A DNA stretch of 26,606 nucleotides from Gemmatimonadota bacterium. Its GTDB lineage: Bacteria; Gemmatimonadota; Gemmatimonadetes; Palauibacterales; Palauibacteraceae. Both the position numbers and the translations under genes were made by a program. The stretch lies in assembly GCA_039588275.1 (NCBI GenBank), contig JBDHAC010000049.1, forward strand, positions 1 to 26,606. The letters run 5' to 3'. Shown piece after piece: positions 17,258 through 25,551 of the stretch. The number at the start of each line of letters is the position of its first letter. The first letter of the stretch is position 1. The notes under the pieces are model-generated. The model was given only the letters and a program-made list of their open reading frames with translations. It was not told the DNA's origin and did no database searches.

Positions 17258-18826
17258 TCACGCGGCGTCCTCCGACATCGCCTGGTGGAGGGCCTCCGCA
17301 TCCTCGGGGGGCCGGGTCAGAAGCGACACCACCACCGTCGCCAGCAGGGCGAGCGCGAACGCCGGTACCAGTTCGTACAGGTGCGATTTGAGCGCCGGCA
17401 CGAGGTACCAGATGACGGTGGTCGCGGTCCCCGTCAGGATCCCGGCGATCACTCCCGCCCTGGTGGCGCGCGGCCAGAAGAGGGCCAGGATGGAGGTGGG
17501 GCCGAGCGAGGCGCCGAGCCCCGCCCAGGCGAATAGCACGAGCCAGAACACCACCTGCTCGGCCACCATCCCGAACCCGACGGCCAGGGCGACGAGCAGC
17601 ACGACGACAGCCCGGCTGAGGAACACCAACCTCCGCTGCGACAGCGTCTCGCCACGGTGGAGCACCTTCTCGTACACGTCCCGCACCACGGCCGAGGCCG
17701 CCACCAACAGCTGCGAGTCGGCGGTGGACATGATCGCCGCGAAGATGGAAGCGACCACGATGCCGAATAGCACGGGAGGCAGGTGCTGCTGGGCGAGGAG
17801 GGGGTACAGGTTCTCGGTGTCACCCGCGGGAAGCAGGCTCGCCTCGGGGAAGTAGGCGCGGCCCACCAGGCCGATGAACACTGCCCCACCGCTCATCACG
17901 ACGTTCCAAATCGTTCCGATGACCGCCGAGTAGCGAAGCTGAGCCGGGTCATCGATCGACATGTAGCGGGCGAGGATGTGAGGGTTGCCGGGCGAGCCCA
18001 GGCCGATCCCCACGAACCCGATCGCGGCGCCGGCGGAGAGTGCGAACGGATCGACCAGCGAGGGATCGAGCGCCGAGAGCTGCTCCAGCACCAACGACAG
18101 CCCGCCCCGGTCAGCGATGGCGATCACCGGGAGCAGCACCAGCGCGAAGATCATGAACAGGGCCTGGACCATGTCGGTGAGGCTTACCGCCAGAAAGCCT
18201 CCCAGCATCGTATAGACGAGGACGATCGCGGCCGTGAGGAGTACGCCCGTGGTGGGCGTGAGACCGAACCCCGCCGCGAACGCCTTGCCGCCCCCCACAA
18301 ACTGAGCCGCCACGTAGCCCACCATGAACAGGAGGATCACGATCACGAGCACGACGCGGAGCGAGCCACGCTCGTCTTCGAAGCGGGTCGCGAAGAAGTC
18401 GGGTACGGTGATGCAGTCGTATCGGGCGCTGAAACGGCGGAGTCGCGGGGCGTAGTAGAGGAAGAGGAACAGCTCTACGACGGTGTAGCCCACCGTCGCC
18501 CACAGGGCGGACGGCCCGATCGCGTAGGCCATCCCGGTGACGCCGAGGAGCAGCCAGGCGCTGCGCCCCGACACGACTGCCGACAGCGCCACGACGAAGC
18601 GGTTCATACGCCGTCCGCCGATGAAGAACTCCGACACGCCCGCGGACGAGAAGCGGGTCGCGTAGACACCGATGCCGACCACCAGCAGGAGGTAGGCGAT
18701 GAACGCGCCCACGGCCCACGGGTTGGCCCTGACCGCGACTTGGAGGCCGCCCTCGGCGACGAGGTCCTCCTGGGGCGCAGCGGCATAAAATATTGACAAA
18801 TAATGTGCTAGTGAGCGTGATATCAT
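17258..18826 (-). CDS. putP: Sodium/proline symporter (SSS family); start codon uncertain
   Basis: EFFIGGR, ALSA..SGRSAWLLLG..G, YT.LGGFLAVS.TD..Q, G.PHIL.RYM, AAIMSTADSQLL, LV.FAWAGLGAS.GP and YELVPAF. Confidence 0.9.
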   Translation of the reverse strand: MISRSLAHYLSIFYAAAPQEDLVAEGGLQVAVRANPWAVGAFIAYLLLVVGIGVYATRFSSAGVSEFFIGGRRMNRFVVALSAVVSGRSAWLLLGVTGMAYAIGPSALWATVGYTVVELFLFLYYAPRLRRFSARYDCITVPDFFATRFEDERGSLRVVLVIVILLFMVGYVAAQFVGGGKAFAAGFGLTPTTGVLLTAAIVLVYTMLGGFLAVSLTDMVQALFMIFALVLLPVIAIADRGGLSLVLEQLSALDPSLVDPFALSAGAAIGFVGIGLGSPGNPHILARYMSIDDPAQLRYSAVIGTIWNVVMSGGAVFIGLVGRAYFPEASLLPAGDTENLYPLLAQQHLPPVLFGIVVASIFAAIMSTADSQLLVAASAVVRDVYEKVLHRGETLSQRRLVFLSRAVVVLLVALAVGFGMVAEQVVFWLVLFAWAGLGASLGPTSILALFWPRATRAGVIAGILTGTATTVIWYLVPALKSHLYELVPAFALALLATVVVSLLTRPPEDAEALHQAMSEDAA

Positions 18827-19059
18827 GTTACTTGTTAACAGTGCGCGTCGTAGCCGGCCCCGAATCTACGCCCCTGACGGTCGTATCAGCGTGCGACCGT
18901 TTCGGCAACCGACCGGTGGGGCGAGGTCTGGGCAAAGAGGGTCGAGAGACAGGGCAAAGAAGTCTCCCCGTCGGCTGTCATGGGCGCTATTTTAGGTGCG
19001 GTCGAGGCCCGCGATTCGGTTCCCTGACGGCGGATCGAACTCGGCAGGTATGAGGTTCG

Positions 19060-19785
19060 ATGTTACCCGAACGGCTCGCCATCCTGACCCTTGTAAGCGT
19101 CGCCACGAGTGCCTGCGGACGGACCCCTTCGGCTCGCGCGGAGGGGGACCCGGGGCCGGGTGCTGACTCGACCGCCTCCCTCCGCGTGGGGGCGCCCATC
19201 AACGCCCACGTGCTACCCGCACCCCGTCCCGCAGGAGAGATGTCCCTCGAAGAAGCGCTCGCGCAGCGACGGTCGGTTCGGGAGTTCGAGGCGACGGCGC
19301 TGACCGAAACCGAGATCGCACAGCTCTCCTGGGCGGCACAGGGGCGCACGAGCGCCGAGGGACTGCGCACGGCGCCATCCGCGGGCGCGCTCTATCCGCT
19401 GGAGCTCTACGTCGCGCTGCCGGCCGGGCTGTATCGGTACGACTCGGGCGACCACCACCTCGAGGTGCGGTCCGACGTGGACCTGCGTGGGGAGCTGCAA
19501 CGGGCCGGACTCGGACAGGGTGCGATCGGGGAAGCGCCGGCGGTGTTCGTGATCACCGGTGTCCACGAGCGAACGGCGATCAAGTACGGCCAACGTCGAG
19601 CGCCTCGATACGTGCACATGGAGGCCGGACACGCCGCGCAGAATCTCCTCTTACAGGCTGTCGCGCTCGGCCTGGGGGCGGTGTCGATCGGGGCGTTCTA
19701 CGACGACAGCGTTCGCGAAGTGCTTTCGCTCCCGGCGGGCGAAACGCCCCTTTACCTGATTCCGGTGGGTCACCCGCGTCGCTGA
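19060..19785 (+). CDS. SagB/ThcOx-family nitroreductase-like FMN protein with probable lipoprotein signal
   Basis: SLEEAL..RRSVREF, WAAQG, RTAPSAGALYPLE, EAGHAAQN..LQA..LGLG...IGAF.D. N-terminus LAILTLVSVATSA-C. Confidence 0.92.
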   Translation: MLPERLAILTLVSVATSACGRTPSARAEGDPGPGADSTASLRVGAPINAHVLPAPRPAGEMSLEEALAQRRSVREFEATALTETEIAQLSWAAQGRTSAEGLRTAPSAGALYPLELYVALPAGLYRYDSGDHHLEVRSDVDLRGELQRAGLGQGAIGEAPAVFVITGVHERTAIKYGQRRAPRYVHMEAGHAAQNLLLQAVALGLGAVSIGAFYDDSVREVLSLPAGETPLYLIPVGHPRR

Positions 19786-19798
19786 GCGGCGGTGGCCC

Positions 19799-20986
19799 CT
19801 ACCAGCCGTCGAACAGGCCTCCGTCGAACCAGTCCCACAGCACGTATACGAGGAGCTCCGTGCTCCGCGACTCCGCATGGTTGAGCGGGAGCCGCACCCC
19901 CACGTTCAGCATCACGTGCTGTCGCGCGTTCAACGTCACCTGGACCTGCGGGATCAGGTCCCAGGCCACCTCGTTCTCGTCCGCGAACTCCGCGACGCCG
20001 AGCACCTCGATCATCGGTGACCAGGCGCGCCCGAACTCGCCCTGCGTCCAGGTGCGCCCGAGAACCGCGCGCCAGAACAGCTCGTTCGACGCGTCATCCG
20101 TGTCCACGGGGAACTCGGCCCCTCCCTGCGCGTGGAGGAAGGCGTCCGGGCCCAGCAACTGGCCGAAGGAGACGAAGGGCTCCAACACGACCGTGCCCTT
20201 GCCGAAGCCGTCGTCCTGGTCCCCGGTCGGAAGCTTCACCTCTCCACCGAGGCTGAAGATCGAGCCCGATTCGAGCCCGTGGAAGAGCGCCGTCTTCCAC
20301 CCGAGCACGATGTCCCCCAGCCCCGCCTTCCAATCGGAGGACGAGCCATCGAGGACGTCGGGATCGGCGGCGTTTCGGAACCCGAACGGCACGATGACCT
20401 CGACCTGATGACGCGCGCCGATGCGGCGCTCGTACACGAGCTCGTTCCCGACAGCGCCGGGCGACTCGAGGCTGAAGTCGGTGGCCCATACCAGCTCGTC
20501 CTCGGGGTACGCCTTCTCGGTGACGAGCGGCCGGGGCAGGTTCAGTTCGCCGCGCGGCCACCTGTCGTCCTCGCAGAAGGTGCGGACGTGGCCCATGATC
20601 GCCTGGAGCTGATCGTCGTCGAAGGCGTCACCGAACGCGGGCATGCTCTCATCGAACCCGCGCCCCGGCCCTCCGTCGTGCGTGACAGCGATCCAGTCGG
20701 CGTCCGGCTCACGCGATGCGAAGCTGCAATCCGTGAAGTCCGGCACGGGCACCGGCAGCTGCAGGTTCGGGGTTCCGGCGCCATCCTGGCCGTGGCAACT
20801 GGCGCACACCGCGTACAGAACCGCACCGTCGGGTGCTTCCTGACTCCGCGTGAGGGTGTCGGTCGCGACCCCGTCATGCTCCCACCAGTCGAGGCGTTGG
20901 GGGTCGGGTGGCATGTCGGAGGGCCCTACAGCGCCAGCTGCCGCAATCGCCACCGCGAGGCTGAGGAGGGAGATTCCCGCGGTCAT
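19799..20986 (-). CDS. Monoheme c-type cytochrome fused to a putative outer-membrane beta-barrel
   Basis: Signal peptide, CASCH with distal MPAF, then GLGDI.LG.K, LPTGD..G.G.G and alternating beta strands ending WDWFDGGLFDGW. Confidence 0.82.
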   Translation of the reverse strand: MTAGISLLSLAVAIAAAGAVGPSDMPPDPQRLDWWEHDGVATDTLTRSQEAPDGAVLYAVCASCHGQDGAGTPNLQLPVPVPDFTDCSFASREPDADWIAVTHDGGPGRGFDESMPAFGDAFDDDQLQAIMGHVRTFCEDDRWPRGELNLPRPLVTEKAYPEDELVWATDFSLESPGAVGNELVYERRIGARHQVEVIVPFGFRNAADPDVLDGSSSDWKAGLGDIVLGWKTALFHGLESGSIFSLGGEVKLPTGDQDDGFGKGTVVLEPFVSFGQLLGPDAFLHAQGGAEFPVDTDDASNELFWRAVLGRTWTQGEFGRAWSPMIEVLGVAEFADENEVAWDLIPQVQVTLNARQHVMLNVGVRLPLNHAESRSTELLVYVLWDWFDGGLFDGW

Positions 20987-21197
20987 ATGGCTACTCTCCG
21001 GTCGTTCGGCGTTTAGAGTCAGGGACAGATTGCGAGCGGTCGCGGCGCCTGTAAAGCGGTTGAGTCGATCCGCTATTCAGCGAGACCTCAGCGGGGCGTC
21101 GAGCGCGCGTCTGAACGTCGCGCGGCGGCCTTGCGCCGAGACCTCGTGCGATCGAGTGTGGAGCAGATCGTAGTGTGGCCCGGATGAGAGGTTGGCC

Positions 21198-21881
21198 ATG
21201 AAGTATCCGCTGTCCGGCACAGTTGTCGTGCTTTCCCTCACGTCGGTTTCGTGCGCGACTTCACCTCCCCCCGTGCAGCTGGACATGAGGGAGCACTTCA
21301 GTCGTGCCAGAGGGGTCCATACGGCCGTCGCGCACGGCGATCTCGCTCTCGCGCGCGAGTCGGGCCGCCTCCTCGCCGAGCCCCGGCCCGATCCGGGGCT
21401 CCCGGAGGGTTCGGAGCTTCACATCGCCGCCATGCGAACCGCCGCACGCTCGGTCAGTCGTGCGCCCAGCCTGGCCGAGGCGGCGGTAGGCGCCGCGGAG
21501 ATCGCTCAGGCTTGTGCGGGCTGCCACCGGACGTATGGAGCCGGTCCCGCCATCGAGGTCGCTTTCCAGCCCGCTGCGGGCGAGTCGGTGGGGGCGCACA
21601 TGGCCCGTCACCGATGGGCGCTCGATCGGCTGTGGGAGGGTATCGTGGGCCCATCCGATGCCTCGTGGGTCGCCGGTCTCCGAACCCTCGAGGAGCAGCC
21701 CATCGATGTGGGCGAGCTCGCCGAGCGTGGCGGGAACGCGGCGATCGCGCTCGGCAGGCGTCTGCACGAGCTGGGCTCCACGGGCATGCTCGGGGCGAGC
21801 ACGCGTGAGCGGGCGCGGGTGTTCACCGAGGCGCTCCAGACCTGCGTCGAGTGCCACGAGTTGACGGCGGACGCGCCCTAG
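21198..21881 (+). CDS. Diheme c-type cytochrome lipoprotein (two cytochrome c'-like helical halves)
   Basis: Lipobox-like SVS-C. CAGCH and CVECH each sit at the end of a helical half that begins with M..H (MREHF, MARHR). Confidence 0.82.
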   Translation: MKYPLSGTVVVLSLTSVSCATSPPPVQLDMREHFSRARGVHTAVAHGDLALARESGRLLAEPRPDPGLPEGSELHIAAMRTAARSVSRAPSLAEAAVGAAEIAQACAGCHRTYGAGPAIEVAFQPAAGESVGAHMARHRWALDRLWEGIVGPSDASWVAGLRTLEEQPIDVGELAERGGNAAIALGRRLHELGSTGMLGASTRERARVFTEALQTCVECHELTADAP

Positions 21882-21914
21882 AGGGATCCTCCTCGCCGAA
21901 TCCATCCTCCCCTC

Positions 21915-21952
21915 TCCCGCTCGAGCGTTGTCTCGCGGGCGGGATCTTTCTC
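21915..21952 (+). terminator. Probable intrinsic terminator
   Basis: TCCCGCTCG...CGGGCGGGA stem (one G-U pair) followed by TCTTTCTC, downstream of the stop at 21881. Confidence 0.5.
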
Positions 21953-22020
21953 CGCTCAGGCCGCGTTTGGCCGGGTTGTCGGCATTACTCATGACCGTGT
22001 GAACGGGAGGAGGAGTAGGG

Positions 22021-22593
22021 ATGCAACGATTGGCTACTGCTGTATTGGTGACCGTTCTACTGGCCGCCGCCCCGATGGCCGTGCAGGCACAGGACAGGGG
22101 CTTCGGAATCGCTGGAAGCGCCGGAGCGATGATTCCCGGAGGTGAAGACTTCGAGGAGCTGGAGTCCGGGTTTGGCGCCGAAGGCGCCTTGAGCTGGGGG
22201 TGGGCGAGCGGCTTCGAGCTCGGCGCCGTCCTCGGCTGGAGCACCCACGACGCCGAAGACGAGAACGTCGACCTGATTCGACTTTTCGGGGAGGCCGGGT
22301 GGCGCTTCAACTCGCGCCCGGTCAATTCCGCGGTTGTCATGCCGTTCGTGAAGGCTCGCGGAGGATACGCGCGCGCCAGCGTGGACTCGGCCTCGGACGG
22401 TTTGGACTTCGACGGCTACGGGGTGGGCGGCGCAGCCGGTGTCGAGGTGTGGCTTTCACGGGGATTCGCCCTGACCGGCCAGGCCTCGCTCGATTTCCTC
22501 TCGCTCGAGGGGGACGAGAACGACGCGGACGCCGAGCGATCGACCGGGACGCTCGTGGGCGTCACGGGTGGCGTGAAGATTCGCTTGAACTAG
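22021..22593 (+). CDS. Small outer-membrane beta-barrel protein (OmpA/OmpW-like 8-strand)
   Basis: GGAGGAG RBS, signal peptide VQA-Q, alternating strands, PFV...GGY and G.G...GVE motifs. Confidence 0.85.
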   Translation: MQRLATAVLVTVLLAAAPMAVQAQDRGFGIAGSAGAMIPGGEDFEELESGFGAEGALSWGWASGFELGAVLGWSTHDAEDENVDLIRLFGEAGWRFNSRPVNSAVVMPFVKARGGYARASVDSASDGLDFDGYGVGGAAGVEVWLSRGFALTGQASLDFLSLEGDENDADAERSTGTLVGVTGGVKIRLN

Positions 22594-22621
22594 GCGTCGG
22601 TGTCCGTAGCACTCCGTCAGG

Positions 22622-22661
22622 AAAAGAGAAGGGCGGCCACGCGGGCCGCCCTTTCTCATTT
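22622..22661. terminator. Bidirectional intrinsic terminator
   Basis: AAGGGCGGCC-acgcg-GGCCGCCCTT flanked by A-rich and T-rich tracts, between convergent genes. Confidence 0.85.
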
Positions 22662-22713
22662 GGCCTTCACGAAGACCGGCGGGCGCTGGCCCGGATCTCC
22701 GTCGGCAAGCGGG

Positions 22714-23511
22714 TCAATTCCCGGCATCGCCCTCGTCATCGCCCGCACCCGTGCGCGGGCCCAAGATGTAGATGCCGTCCCTATGCACGGGGCACGCCTC
22801 GCCGAGCGCGTTGGCTGGCGAGCCCGCGGCCTCCACGGCCTCGCCGACTCGTTGGTTGGATTCCTGCCAGGCATCCATGAAGGTGTTGACGTCCTCCGCG
22901 ACCCAGTAGAACCCGACGTTCCACTCGGACGCCCACGTGTGCGCGAACGTGCCGGCGCCACGCAGCTTGCCCTCCTGGATGAGCGCCTCCTGCACCGGAA
23001 GCGAGAACTCGGAGTACTGGTCGAATACGTCGCCGATCCGGCCGTAATCGCACTGGTACATCGAGATCACGAGAGCGGGGTTGCCGCCTGTCGGGGCGCC
23101 CTCGCTGTCCGCGACGGGCCCGAACTGGTAGAAGTTATCGCGGTGCACGGGGCACGCCTCACCGAACGCGTTCGCGTCGGGGTGACGCTCGGCGAAGCGA
23201 CTGTTGGCCTCGGCGTTGGCCGCGACTGCCGCTTCCATGCTCTCTGCGATTCTGTAGATGCCGACGTTCCACTCATCCGCCCATTGGTGGACGTAGGAAC
23301 CGGCGTCCAGGAGCATCCCTTCCGCGATCAGCTCCTCCCAGATCGGAACGTTGAGCTCGAGCTCGGGGCCGATGTCACTCAGGCGGTTCCAGTCGCACTG
23401 GAAGTAAGACAGAACGAGCGTGGCGGGCGGAGCTTCCTCCTGCGCGTTCGCCGCCTGGGGCGTTACGAAGGCGAGCAGGAGACACAACAGGATGAGCGGG
23501 ACTTTCCTCAC
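22714..23511 (-). CDS. Secreted protein with two tandem homologous ~115-aa domains, function unknown
   Basis: GAGGA RBS and GTG start, signal ANA-Q. Repeat pairs YFQCDW/MYQCDY, HQWADEWNVGIY/HTWASEWNVGFY and GEACPVHRD twice. Confidence 0.85.
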   Translation of the reverse strand: MRKVPLILLCLLLAFVTPQAANAQEEAPPATLVLSYFQCDWNRLSDIGPELELNVPIWEELIAEGMLLDAGSYVHQWADEWNVGIYRIAESMEAAVAANAEANSRFAERHPDANAFGEACPVHRDNFYQFGPVADSEGAPTGGNPALVISMYQCDYGRIGDVFDQYSEFSLPVQEALIQEGKLRGAGTFAHTWASEWNVGFYWVAEDVNTFMDAWQESNQRVGEAVEAAGSPANALGEACPVHRDGIYILGPRTGAGDDEGDAGN

Positions 23512-23712
23512 GGTTTCCTCCTGTGGCGGTGAGGGAGGGAGGGCCCGCGGCCCTCCGACCGATCCAAGCGACCTCGCGACGCTTGAGACGACGGCCGAAC
23601 GTAGCTTGTATCGGCAATCGGCCGCCAGATGACTAGATGATAAGTGGACCAGTGGATCCTAGATTGGCGGCATCACGAACAGCCCAGCTCTCGATGAACG
23701 AAGGGGCCACTC

Positions 23713-25152
23713 ATGGATTGGATGCGATTTGAACGGGCGATCACTCACTGTGGCCGGGAGCTCGGACGCCCGCTCACCGGGGTCGGAGGGTCGGTCGCCG
23801 TCCTCGCTCTCACGGGTCTCATCGCACTTCCCACAGCGGGGACGGCGCAGTCTCCCGGGGCTCGGGCGCCGACGCACGGGGCGTACGCCGAAGCGGAGCC
23901 GGGCCCCCCGTTCGAGGCCCCCTCGGCCGAAACCCTGAGCGCGCGTCGGACCGCGCTTCTGGATGCCATCGGTGAGGGCGTCGTGCTTCTCAAATCAGCC
24001 TCGATGAAGTCCATCGAGGGCGATTATCCGCAGGATTCCGATTTCCGGCAGCACAACGATTTCTTCTATCTGACCGGCCTCGAGACGGCGGATTCGTGGC
24101 TGCTGTTGAGCGCCGACGCGAACGGCTCGCGCTCGGAGGCGCTCTTCATACCGGAGAGGAACCCGGACCAGGAGCAGTGGACGGGCCGCAAGCCCTCTTT
24201 CGAGGAGGCGGCCGCGATCTCCGGTATCGCGGGCGTTCGCGCCGCGCCCGAGTTCATGCGCGCGCTCCAGCGCGGGGTCTTCTTCCGGCGCTCGGCCCCG
24301 GTCGTGTACGCGCCGCTGAATCGCCACACGCGGGACGACGAGATCGTTCAGCGACTCGTGTTCGAGGTCGGGGTCACGGTCCAGGACGTGGAGCCGGTGA
24401 TGGCGGAGCTCCGGCTGGTCAAGGATCAGCACGAGATCCGCATGCTCCGGCGAGCGATCGACATCACGACTGCGGCCCACCGCGCGGCCATGCGTTCGGC
24501 TCGGCCGGGCATGCACGAGTACGAGCTCGAGGCGGTCATCGAGTTCAACTTCCGGCTCGGCGGTGCCGAGCGGGTCGGCTTCCCGAGCATCGTCGGATCC
24601 GGCCCGAATTCGGTCGTGCTCCACTACGACAAGAGCCGCCGGATGATGGAAGAGGGCGACCTGGTGGTGATGGACATCGGCGCGGAGTACAGCTACTACA
24701 CTGCGGACGTGACCCGGACCATCCCGGCCTCGGGGCGGTTCACGGAGCGGCAGCGGCGGATCTATACGCTCGTTCTCGGCGCGCAGCAAGCCGTTCTGGA
24801 TGCGATTCGACCTGGTGTGACCGTAGGGAATCTGACGCGGATCTCGCGGACGTGGCTGCGGGAGAACTCCGGCGGAGCGTGCGGCGAGCAGACCTGCGAC
24901 GCGTACTTCATCCACGGCTTGAGTCACTGGCTCGGGATGGACGTGCACGATGTGGGCAGCTACGAAACGCCGCTCCAGGCGGGGATGGTGCTCACCATCG
25001 AACCCGGGATCTACCTGCCCGGCGAGAACCTCGGCGTGCGGATCGAGGATGACATCCTCGTGACGCCGACCGGATACGAGAACCTCTCGGCCGCCGCGCC
25101 GAGAGATCCCGACCAGATCGAGGCGCTCATGGCGGACGAGGTCGCGCAGTAA
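23713..25152 (+). CDS. pepP: Xaa-Pro aminopeptidase (M24B, aminopeptidase P); start uncertain
   Basis: AMP_N motif FRQ..DF.YLTG. Metal ligands MDIGAE...ADVTRT, HGLSHWLGMDVHD, TIEPGIY and GVRIEDD. Confidence 0.93.
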   Translation: MDWMRFERAITHCGRELGRPLTGVGGSVAVLALTGLIALPTAGTAQSPGARAPTHGAYAEAEPGPPFEAPSAETLSARRTALLDAIGEGVVLLKSASMKSIEGDYPQDSDFRQHNDFFYLTGLETADSWLLLSADANGSRSEALFIPERNPDQEQWTGRKPSFEEAAAISGIAGVRAAPEFMRALQRGVFFRRSAPVVYAPLNRHTRDDEIVQRLVFEVGVTVQDVEPVMAELRLVKDQHEIRMLRRAIDITTAAHRAAMRSARPGMHEYELEAVIEFNFRLGGAERVGFPSIVGSGPNSVVLHYDKSRRMMEEGDLVVMDIGAEYSYYTADVTRTIPASGRFTERQRRIYTLVLGAQQAVLDAIRPGVTVGNLTRISRTWLRENSGGACGEQTCDAYFIHGLSHWLGMDVHDVGSYETPLQAGMVLTIEPGIYLPGENLGVRIEDDILVTPTGYENLSAAAPRDPDQIEALMADEVAQ

Positions 25153-25277
25153 CTGCCGACGGTCGCGGGATCTCGGTTCGGGAATCGATGTCGCGCGGAC
25201 GTGGCTTCCAAACGTGCTCTGTGGTCAAGGGAAAATGCAGGCCTCACGAGAGGCCTCACGGACCGCGGAGCGAGACA

Positions 25278-25400
25278 ATGGAGATGCTCTTTCACGTAGC
25301 CCTGGACGTCCTGATCGTGGCCGGCTTCTGGTGGGCCCGGCCCCGAATCTCGGAGATGGCGGAGGCGTCGCTGTCGACGTGGGATACTCCACCCGTCTGA
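25278..25400 (+). CDS. Putative 40-aa single-pass membrane microprotein
   Basis: GGAG at 25267-25270, ATG at 25278. MEMLFHVALDVLIVAGFWWARPRISEMAEASLSTWDTPPV. Confidence 0.5.
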   Translation: MEMLFHVALDVLIVAGFWWARPRISEMAEASLSTWDTPPV

Positions 25401-25458
25401 GCCCGCGGTCAGCGCCGCGCTGTTGATTCCGACGGAACGAGCCGGCGGGCGCGAGACG

Positions 25459-25498
25459 AAAAGAAAGGCCCCGTGGAGCGTGCTGCTCCCGGGGCCTT
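25459..25498 (-). terminator. Intrinsic terminator downstream of oxidase gene
   Basis: AAGGCCCCG.GGAGC-loop-GCTCC-CGGGGCCTT. The AAAAGA on the left reads as a U-tract on the minus strand. Confidence 0.75.
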
Positions 25499-25551
25499 CG
25501 CTCGTGTAACGGCCGAGCCTGCGGTCGCCCCCGGAGGGGCGCCGTGCGCGT

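Noticed and set aside
18925..19000. c-di-GMP-I riboswitch (GGCAAA...GNRA...GCAAAG resemblance)
   Set aside because: The P2 stem does not extend beyond 3 bp and no P3/tetraloop receptor is visible. An Rfam scan would settle it.
19060..19785. Thiazole/oxazole RiPP cluster
   Set aside because: No YcaO cyclodehydratase, precursor peptide or exporter lies nearby.
23610..23628. Sigma54 promoter on minus strand (TGGC...TTGC)
   Set aside because: GG-to-GC spacing is 9 nt, not the required 10.
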